A stretch of 60,047 nt of DNA, counting the filler, from Squatina squatina (taxonomy: Eukaryota): assembly GCA_031763465.1 (NCBI GenBank). It is 4 parts of 4 records of this genome, joined end to end, with 100 filler letters (N's around TTAATTAATTAA, not from the genome) between each part and the next. Parts side by side here need not be neighbours in the genome. Positions count along the whole stretch, not along the records: positions 47,250 to 60,047 come from JARFOE010000004.1; 3 more parts are not named here. One strand, given 5' to 3'. This document shows, piece after piece, positions 50,436-60,047 of the stretch; position 1 is the first letter of the stretch; every line of letters starts with the position of its first letter. Under the pieces are notes generated by a model. It searched no databases, was not told where the DNA came from, and saw nothing but the letters and a program-made list of their open reading frames with translations. A program made the translations under genes and the position numbers.

Positions 50436-51974
50436 ATATCATTAGGTGCATACGGTATTCAATTTGCTTAAAACAGAAATTAAATCCATTTTTAAAATTA
50501 GATGCAAGATATTATTTCAGATTGCTTCAATTTTAGTGCAGTATAGCACAGAATTGATATGGAACAAAGCCAAAATCAGAGTCAGTAATCTATGGACTAT
50601 CTGAATTGAATCACACTTCTTCATTCATGCATTGAAACACAGTGACCATTGGGCCAAATATAAATTGCTGAGCAGATCTTGCACAGCTGCCCTACAATTA
50701 AATACAGATGGTTGGATGAAATCGAGTAATTTTCTACAAAGACTACTTTAAGACTTTTTAACAGTTCTAAGCTAAAATGTTTGCTCAGTTGGTGGCTTAT
50801 GATGACTCTAAAACATAGAAATTAGAGCCAAACAGAAGTCTCTTTGCCAGATCCATCCTCCTCCTCCTTATAAAAATGGTCAGAATCCAAGATTCTCCCA
50901 GATTTTCTCAAATTACATATAGAATAAAGGTTTGGATTGGAGTGTGCTACAAAGCTGTAATTAATCATCATCAGATGATGACATCATAAATCACAAAGTG
51001 AACCTTGAGCAGTATATTTACAATAAGTCATCAGCATCTCAAGATTGTGTTACAGTACGTAACTCTCTGCAGCCCAACTGTTATTTCATATTATGTCTTC
51101 TGTCATGGCGCCTCACTCACAGAGCCTCTCGCCTCTGCTGCTCCTCTCCCTCTTCCATTATTTTGCAAAACAGGAGTATGCCCATTGGGAAGCCCATTCC
51201 AGCTGCTTAGTCCTTCGGAACACTTAGGGGGAGGGGCGGGGTGTTTGAAAACTTTCAGTTGCACTGAGACTGACAGCCCGGTGGATACACAGATCTCAGT
51301 AAATAACTTTTTTTTAAATGACAAAGAAAATCGTTACCGAACTCCAGAAAATTCAATTACACCAATATCAGGTGACTTCCGGCCGTGCTGGGCATACAGT
51401 TTTGGCGTAACTCTGTGCAGTTTTTGCATAAATCCAGGAAACTTACGTGAGCTGGTCTTTTACATGGTGGGAGCTACGTAAAGGGTTTCAGCGAACTTAT
51501 CTCAGAAATGGTGCAAACAATCGAGTAAATTCGCACATAANNNNNNNNNNCAAAACAAACTGCACAAAAACTCCACTCTCATGCCATGATTCCACTGAAA
51601 CTTTCCAGGAAGTTCCAGGTCTATATGTGGGCTTTATAATTTTTGATTTACTAGTATTGGGAATTGGCTGTCGGGGCTGTCAAAGTCCTATTGAATACCA
51701 CTGTGCTAGCATCTGCGGAGTCCAAAGCTACATTTTAAAGGATTTTCAAATACAATTTTATTATTTATTTTTTAAATTGCTTGTTGCTTTTTTATGTTGA
51801 AGGAAGGGAATCTCCTTTTGTGTTGTGATATGAGAAGAACTATAATAGATTAATAACATGTCTTCATGTATGCAGCATTGAACAAGTCAATAATCCCTCC
51901 CCAGGCTTGCTTTCTCTATGAAGCCCATTACCTAACCCCACAATCCCCTCTTGAATCAGCTCCTAACCACTCAG

Positions 51975-52310
51975 TTACTACTGTTTGGCCCAATACTCAC
52001 TGACATCATCAACCTCTCCATTTCTAACCTCTCCCCTTTTCATAACTCTTGTCACCACCCCCTTGACAAGCTTAATTTGACTTCTGCATTCCACTAAACT
52101 ATGACTCCATTTCCAACCTTCCTTTGCTCTCTAAGGTCTCCAGATGTACCCATCACCACCTAATACCCCAAATCCCCTGTTCAAATCCCCTCTAGTTTTG
52201 TTTCCGTCCCATTCAAGGCATTGAGACCACCTTGTCCAAAGTTATCAATGACAATCTTTGTGACTGCAAAGATCTCAGGCAATCCCTAGTGCTCCTCAAC
52301 CTTTCAATAG
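51975..52310 (+). mobile_element. Degenerate L2 reverse transcriptase fragment
   Basis: Remnants LTDIINLS, ISNLPLLSKV, ETTLSKVINDNL, LVLLNLSIAF. Confidence 0.7.
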
Positions 52311-53628
52311 CCTTTCCGGAAGTGTGGGATTTTTTCGCTGCTACCTCTCTCCACCTCCAACTCCAAGGGATCGTCTTTTTGCCTAATTGTAGTCCTACCT
52401 ACCCCGTTGCACCTAGCTTTTCCACCCATTGCAGCGTTTTGGGACATCCTGTGGGTGTGAAAGGNNNNNNNNNNNNNNNNNNNNNNNNNNNNNNNNNNNN
52501 NNNNNNNNNNNNNNNNNNNNNNNNNNNNNNNNNNNNNNNNNNNNNNNNNNNNNNNNNNNNNNNNNNNNNNNNNNNNNNNNNNNNNNNNNNNNNNNNNNNN
52601 NNNNNNNNNNNNNNNNNNNNNNNNNNNNNNNNNNNNNNNNNNNNNNNNNNNNNNNNNNNNNNNNNNNNNNNNNNNNNNNNNNNNNNNNNNNNNNNNNNNN
52701 NNNNNNNNNNNNNNNNNNNNNNNNNNNNNNNNNNNNNNNNNNNNNNNNNNNNNNNNNNNNNNNNNNNNNNNNNNNNNNNNNNNNNNNNNNNNNNNNNNNN
52801 NNNNNNNNNNNNNNNNNNNNNNNNNNNNNNNNNNNNNNNNNNNNNNNNNNNNNNNNNNNNNNNNNNNNNNNNNNNNNNNNNNNNNNNNNNNNNNNNNNNN
52901 NNNNNNNNNNNNNNNNNNNNNNNNNNNNNNNNNNNNNNNNNNNNNNNNNNNNNNNNNNNNNNNNNNNNNNNNNNNNNNNNNNNNNNNNNNNNNNNNNNNN
53001 NNNNNNNNNNNACCTTGGTGTTGTCATGCTCTTAATGGCCTTGCCGGTTAACCTAGGTTTCTTCATCTTTTTAAAAAGCACACATGCTACTGGAATAATG
53101 TAGTAATTGAAAACTTGCCTTCCTTGCACGATGGCCGTGAGTGCTACTTTGAGCAGTTCTGCTTAATGTGAATATTGTAGGTATTGTTTTATAATTCCAA
53201 GTGTTGCATTGTATAATATTTTAATGTACTGGCAAATTGTAACATACACTGTCACCACAAAATAAAGAATAACTCATCTGGGTGATATTGGCAGATACCT
53301 TCACAGTAATATGCAAACATTGACTTCCACTAAGATAAGATGATATTTACTTTTGGAAAAAAGAACTCATTCCTGTTTAAACAATGAGAAATTTTTAACA
53401 ATTTGCTTGCAAGCACTATCATCAGCCAAGTTGCTACTGAACTTGCTGCTTGTGTGTTGTGCAGAAGTCCAGCTTACAACCTTACAGCTTGTGGGTACCA
53501 TTGCTTCACTGGCCTCCAATTAGTTGTGGTTACCAGTTCACAGAGCTTGTACGTCAACAGTTTTACTTTTCAGTTATGCATAAAAAGTTATGAATTTTCA
53601 TGAGGGTCGTCCCACTTTGTAGGGTCTG

Positions 53629-53976
53629 TAGGGTTGCCAACACTCCAGGATTGCCCTGGAGTCTCGAGGAATTAAAGATTAGTCTCCAGGACACTGCAGT
53701 GAGCAACTCAGGAGAAAAACCAAAGGGGCATTTTTTTAAGCACTTATTTATTAGTTATAAAAATATTGCGGAGTGTAAAGACAAAAAAGCTAACTCACAA
53801 ATCGTCCAATTGAGTAATGAAGTCGATTCCGTTTTCAATTGGTGCGGAAAGGCACTGCCCTGTGAGGATGGGCATGTTGAATGATCAATGGCAGGAACAT
53901 GGGCCGGGGGGCTTGGAGGTGGGAGGTCATGTGATGAAACCGCCAGGACTATGTCCACCCTGGGTTGGCAACCCGA
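53629..53976. mobile_element. Non-autonomous hAT-like element with TIRs
   Basis: Left TAGGGTTGCCAAC, right GTTGGCAACCC(GA); hAT-Blackjack-type termini; no 8-bp TSD evident. Confidence 0.7.
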
Positions 53977-54635
53977 CTCATCCTTCGTAGCATCAGCAAA
54001 AGAGCAGCAGAAACTCCGGTAAACCGACCATTTGGGTAATCTATTCAGGGTTTCCATGGTTTTTCTGTCGAATTTTTGTCAGACAGCCGGGAGAATCCCC
54101 ACTGAAATTCACCTCCTACGTCTGAAAATTAGAACATAACATTGAAGTGATGCAACTTTNNNNNNNNNNNNNNNNNNNNNNNNNNNNNNNNNNNNNNNNN
54201 NNNNNNNNNNNNNNNNNNNNNNNNNNNNNNNNNNNNNNNNNNNNNNNNNNNNNNNNNNNCATTCAACTTGATTCATTAGACGCGACTTACCTTTACAAAT
54301 CCATGCTGGTTCTCGCTAATATTTGAACAGGTCTCAGGCACTCTGTTCCTAATAACAGACTCTCGTAACTTATCACAACAGACGATCGAGAATAGGACAA
54401 TAATACCCTTGTTTTCCTCTCCTAATTTTTTTAAATAATGGAGTCGCATGGACAATTTTCCCATTCTCGGATACAATTCTGTAACCAAGAGTGATTTGGA
54501 AGATCAGGAATATATCATCATCAATTTCTTCCTCTACTGCCTGTTTTGTGATTTCAAAAATGAATATGTGGCTTGTTTTCTTCCACTTTTACAAGTTTTT
54601 CTGAAAGACCCATTGTCTTTTGTGTATTTTCACAG

Positions 54636-54770
54636 GGAACCCAGGGATAGTATGTTACTATAAGCCCTTCATGCAGATTTTACACAAGATTCTCAACCAG
54701 AAATATCCCATCTGGGCCATAAGCCACGCAGGCCACTGTGTCCCCCCAGGAGACATGGAGATGATAGAAG
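54636..54770 (+). CDS. LDAH: LDAH (lipid droplet-associated hydrolase) internal exon
   Basis: 135-bp phase 1-1 exon, CACAG acceptor, GT donor at 54771; GNPGIVCYYKPFMQILHKILNQKYPIWAISHAGHCVPP matches the LDAH GNPG...SHAGH signature. Confidence 0.92.
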
Positions 54771-55227
54771 GTACTGTACATGGTCTGGAATCCTTAACAT
54801 AATATTGTCATCTTTCTAGTCCCACATAGTTATATATAATAACTGCTGAATCTTATACACATGACATTTTATTGCAAATGTTATCTATTTTTATTAAATT
54901 ACAATTTAAGAATATATGTATGATGCATTTATCTATTGTAGAAATTTCCTTTGAACCCTCAAAATATTTGTAAATTGTGCAGAATATTTTGTAGAAGGCT
55001 TCCACACACTTATACCTAGTGGTATCTTAACCTGGAAACAGATGAGCACCATTTTCACGTTTTGTGAAAAAAAACAATTTAGTCAGTTGAGTTTTGGTTC
55101 CAATCATTTAATTGGAAATTCAAATCTAAACTGTCCATTGAGACATCCCAATCTGCATATGGATGAGGAGCCTGTGGAACTTCCTGCTGAGACTGGAAGT
55201 CCGAATGCATTGGCTGCAAACTGAAGT

Positions 55228-55872
55228 TGACAAATTCATCCGCGCCCCATTGGGGCGCTTACGGGGCAGAAACCGGCATTTCTCGCACCAGCTCCCGCCC
55301 CACCACACCCGCCACGGAATTAGTCATTCCAGGGTGGGAGCAAGGCGCTGCGGTGTCGGCCTCGCACCCGGCAGAACTGGGGTGGCCAGCCTGGAACATC
55401 GCTGACGTCAGGAGCACTGCCAAACCTCCCGTAAAGGGGAGGACCGCCTGCCATCCTAACGACGTCCCGCATCCCGCCACTAGGCCACGAGGGACACCAG
55501 CGACCAGGCCACCAGCCTGGCATGCCAGTTGGTGTGCCAGGCGAAGTGATGGTGGCCGAATCCGGCTGTGGGCTGCCATCATTCGGCCGACAACAAATTC
55601 GGCCATTAAATAAAGAAGCTGGCCGCAGGCACACAGGCCCTTCCCTTTAAGAGGGCTGTTGCAGGGACAGGTTTCCCTGTTGCTACAACTGCCCGGTGCT
55701 GCAGCCGCATCCCACGGGTGAATTCCACCCGTGGAACGCAAACGGGCCGCAAAGGGGGTTGCAGCTGCGCCGTGCGGGTCGGCGCGCATCTTTATGACAC
55801 CACTCACTGACCCGTTGCGGAATTCAGCTGGCCAGGCACACAGGCCTGTGCGCCCCAGGTGAATTTCCCGGG
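55228..55872. mobile_element. GC-rich MITE-like element
   Basis: Ends AAATTCATCC...GGGGCGC and GCGCCCCAGGTGAATTT form imperfect inverted repeats; shares motifs with 7095-7638. Confidence 0.55.
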
Positions 55873-57688
55873 AGGCGAGATGGTNNNNNNNNNNNNNNNN
55901 NNNNNNNNNNNNNNNNNNNNNNNNNNNNNNNNNNNNNNNNNNNNNNNNNNNNNNNNNNNNNNNNNNNNNNNNNNNNNNNNNNNNTCATGGAGTAGCACAT
56001 GGTCTGTAAACAGTGGAGTGGATTGCAGAGAATGCTTTCTCTGTAGCTGCACATCTCTTAAGTATTTTGCTGGGATCTCATAATACAATATTAGTGAAGG
56101 AGTACCATTAACTTTCAATCCTCCAAGGGAAGCATCTTCACTTAGAAAAGGCAGGCACTTTACCACGGGTGACTAAAAAGGAGCTTTTCTAAATTGGGAG
56201 GAAGACTAGTGCCTGCTCCTTGTCTGATTCTGTAATGCATCAAACTCCAATGTTAAGCAGGTTACTCTACTGTTAAGCAGGTTGTTACTACTGACACTTA
56301 AACCTTTGACTTGTACAGACGTTGGCCAAGATCTTGAATTCACCTTGTTGCCATATTTTTGTTTTGATTGTGCACTATAAGCTAACAAGTTGAACTACAC
56401 TTATGATGAATGAGCAGTATCTCCACATGGTTTTCATCCTGAAGCAATACACTTTCATTTCAGATTGTCTCCACACACTACTGTGCATAGTCCTATCCTA
56501 CAGTGTAATGTGCTTAGGGCACTTTTATAGCATTTTTGTGAAGAAAGACCTTGCTTAAACCTCTTCTGGATTAAGATAATTATGCACAGATGTATAAGGT
56601 ATATTCAAGGCCGTTTTTGCTAAACTGGTTGGATGCAGGGCTGCAGTTCATTGTAAGGAGAGAAGGAATGNNNNNNNNNNNNNNNNNNNNNNNNNNNNNN
56701 NNNNNNNNNNNNNNNNNNNNNNNNNNNNNNNNNNNNNNNNNNNNNNNNNNNNNNNNNNNNNNNNNNNNNNCTGTTAAAGTGCATGAGGCATGACATGTGG
56801 AAGCACAAAATTGTTATTCCGTGCTACTGTTATAGCAAGCATATAATGTTAATTATAATATTAATTTATATTAATTATATGCAAAAAAACTCATGTGTCA
56901 CAGTAGGAAATTCTCAGTTGTGCTCAAAAAGACTGGACACAAAAAGATTAAGCAGACATCCCAGTTATATAAATGTTCCAAAAACTGTGGGGGAAGATTT
57001 CTACTGTTTGGTATTTATAGCAAAATCATGAGTGATTTTTGAAGGCATTTGCAATTTCACTAATTGTACCAACCAGCGGAAATCTTTATAAATGCACTTG
57101 TCATGTCACTACAGACAACAATCAGAGCAATTCTTCATCCATTCTTTTTCAATAAATGACTAGGTTTTAAGATAATTGTAGGAAGAAATCTATTTGAGTC
57201 ATTGATTTAACCTGTCACAGTTTTTGGCCATTCTATCTTTGATCAGACTGACAACTTTGAAGCAGTATGATCACTATATTGATTATATATGTTATTGAAA
57301 TAGGCCTATAATAATGAGGGTTGAAGTATCCTTGGACAGCACAATATCTGCTTCAATGGAGAAAAAAGTGACATTTGTTTACACCCTGCAGGTGATTTCA
57401 CCATTTGATGTTCATTTCATGCTCTGATGTGGAGTGTAAGCAGTAGAGTGTGTATAGACAAGCTGTATGCTGTACTTGATCATATGGCTAGAAATTATCA
57501 TAAGATCACAGAATCCTACGCAAAATGGTCTTGTGATTATTACAGTATGCCTTAGGCAAGGCTTTAATACAAGTAACATTGTAACTGGGCAAGAATCAGC
57601 ATTTGTGTTAAGGCATGTATTAACCATTTTTTATTTGAAATAATTTTAAAAGCTTGTAGTTAACCCTATCAACAAAATTGTATACTAT

Positions 57689-58372
57689 AGCCTGGAGTTT
57701 CCATCAGGTTGGGCTGTTTGTTTTCAAACGCAAATTACAGACAATGCAAATCGAGTTGCCACGATCTTTTGCGCAAGTTTAAAAAACATTGTGCTAGAAG
57801 TCGGCCATGTCCCCAGATTGAATTAATCACCATTGCGAGTTTCCACTAATTGCACCCGTTTGAGAGCCTTGGAAGAAGCCCTTAAAATTAAGCGCTTTTT
57901 TTTTAGGCGCAAAGACACTAATAGGCATGTTTTAAAAGCTTTTAAGTCGATTTTATTTTTAATTTATGACGAACCTGACTACTGTGCACCATTGTAAACT
58001 AATGAATGGTTATTTATAGTTTTACAAGGTCATTTACAGTTATTTAAAATCAGGTTACTCAAGAGTTCATGGACTAGACACTCTGATTAACATGCTTATT
58101 TTATGTGATAAACCCATTTTCAGCTGTATTAATCAAACTGCACCAAGTTATCACTCTTACATATATCAAGGAATATTTTTAATGCAATTTTTTTGAAAGT
58201 ACATTCTAAGACGCAGCTCCAATCCCCTGGTTAATAGAAGATTTTATGTTTGGTGATATGCAAATGAGTTTGAGCAAAAACTTGGGCGAAAAAATAACTT
58301 CTGAAAACTTGTGCACTTTTGAGCACAGTTTGCGTCCTGATAGCCAATTGCACCCAAGTTGCACTCTGGGCC
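57689..58372. mobile_element. Probable old non-autonomous DNA transposon
   Basis: Ends GCCTGGAGTTTCC and GCACTCTGGGCC are weak inverted repeats; CpG-containing subterminal regions around an AT-rich core. Confidence 0.35.
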
Positions 58373-60047
58373 AATGTCACTCCAAATGCCTACAGCACAA
58401 AGCTATTTTGTAGCTGCTGACATTTTTCNNNNNNNNNNNNNNNNNNNNNNNNNNNNNNNNNNNNNNNNNNNNNNNNNNNNNNNNNNNNNNNNNNNNNNNN
58501 NNNNNNNNNNNNNNNNNNNNNNNNNNNNAAAATAATTAGCATGCAAATAAAACTTGAGAAACGGAACCTATTGTTGCAGTTAACACTGGTGAAACACTAA
58601 GTTGCTGACAAGACACACCTTTCTGTTTGATTTGTTTTGTATTACAATGTTTTGCTTTCATAATCTAGTCGTTCACTGTTTTTCTGTACTCGATATTTAT
58701 TGATAAATGGGCGCAAATCTTTTGAAATACATGTCTGATATTTTATCAGTTTAATTTGTATCTATGCTAATACGTTTAAACAAAGATATTTTAACTTGAG
58801 CAACTGAAAAAACATCATGAGCAGAGGGCAGTTGTGTATTTATATTCATATGCCTCTTCCAGTGTAGAAAGTTATGTGCCTCCCCAGCTCCATGTTTTTG
58901 ATTACAATAAAATATATTTTAGGAGGAAAAACAGAAGGAATGATGTGCACTTGCCAATGTAAATATGGACTTTAAAAAGGTGTGTAGTTAAATGTAGAAG
59001 TTTCAGTGATTCAACCCATGTGATAAAGAGTGTTGAATGAAACCAAGTGGCACTTTCATGTTGGAAGGTCTAGAATGTTAATAGCCTGGAGTACCAGCTG
59101 ATTAACACAGTATGTATAAATTCTCCTGTTATTCTTTTGCAACTGCGGTGGCGGGTGGAGGTCTGAATGGGGTCAGGGGGAGGAGGGAAGTGCAGCTGGA
59201 ACAAAAAAAATGCCACTGCACCGTTTTAATGAATCGAAATGTGGTTATTACTAGTACATCTACTCCTGTAATAAATTAACGTCCTTAGTGACACTTGGAA
59301 TGTTAAGAGGTGTTAATGACAGAGGTGAAAAGACATCTGTTGATTGAGTTGTATTTTTTCTGCCGGTGGCTTTTCAAGGGTAAAGGAGCAGTGCCTTGCT
59401 GTGTGACTAAATGGCTGAAGCACTGTCCTGTCAGACTTTTAAGGCCTTTCCATCTACTTAAAAAAATACTCTAGGACTAAACTAGATACATATTTCCTTG
59501 TGTTTAAAGAATTGTGCTCTGGTATTCTCTATTATTAATTTTCACCACATTCAAAGATGTTCTCACTTAGAAATGAAACATTTTAACTTTTTACCGAGCA
59601 GCTACCATGGCGCATAGTTTGTGTTCATTGCTGTATGAAATAGGCTTAAGTATACCAATTATGCAATTTTTCCTAAATTTCTAAAATTGTGACATGCTGC
59701 AAGTTGAATTAAAAATACTTATCCCACAGTCCTCAGGATTTAACTGTGGTTAATTTAAGGAAAGATTGTTAACTGTTTTCTTTCTTTAGGACGTGCAAAT
59801 TCTTTCTTTTGTGCAGCACTATTTTTGCTGGTGTCCTTGGTTTCTTAAGGCCAAACGCAGCCCAGTTATCTTAACGGGGGACGGGGGCAGGGTGGGGGCA
59901 GGCGACGTTGTTGGTGGAGTCGATTCTTTTCTAAATTCAAACAATTAAAAGTAGTTATTTGTAACTTGAGTTTTGTTTTTCGTTCTATTTATGTTTATTC
60001 CTTCAATTTTTCTGCCCAAAACAATAAGTGCTAATAGTTTTTTGGGG

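Noticed and set aside
52232-53129. Long ORFs of 224-267 aa
   Set aside because: Almost entirely X from an N gap
55259-55807. 182-aa and overlapping GC-rich ORFs
   Set aside because: Low stop-codon density inside a GC-rich repeat; no recognisable domain or splice structure
56251-56293. 20-bp tandem duplication TGTTAAGCAGGTT
   Set aside because: Two-copy local duplication with no further structure

Overview
Eukaryotic (vertebrate) genomic DNA, most likely a cartilaginous fish (shark) judging by the repeat families. The window is not continuous. Three artificial TTAATTAATTAA spacers embedded in N runs split it into four segments (1-15325, 15426-31932, 32033-47149, 47250-60047), and each segment is a chain of roughly 0.5-2.5 kb contigs joined mostly by 100-N gaps, so genes appear only as scattered exons. 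Segment 1 (minus strand) has the 3' part of the large FUT10 exon, the terminal exon of a TSPAN15-like tetraspanin, and three exons of a PSD/EFA6 Arf6-GEF (probably PSD3), including an internal alternative first exon for a Sec7-less short isoform. Segment 2 has SMC5 exon 2 (-), a candidate MAMDC2 last exon (-), PTAR1 exon 1 with its promoter (+) and four APBA1 exons (+). Segment 3 has no recognisable exon. Segment 4 has one LDAH exon (+). The rest is intronic or intergenic DNA with Deu-type tRNA SINEs, CR1 and L2 LINE fragments, Penelope remnants (GIY-YIG and a decayed hammerhead), a Harbinger Myb/SANT remnant and several MITEs. No prokaryotic-type system (CRISPR, operon etc.) is present, and I found no convincing wholly new biological system. 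The best leads are the TSPAN15-like paralogue, the mid-exon break in FUT10 and the PSD short-isoform exon. Gene identities come from recalled protein sequences, not database searches.
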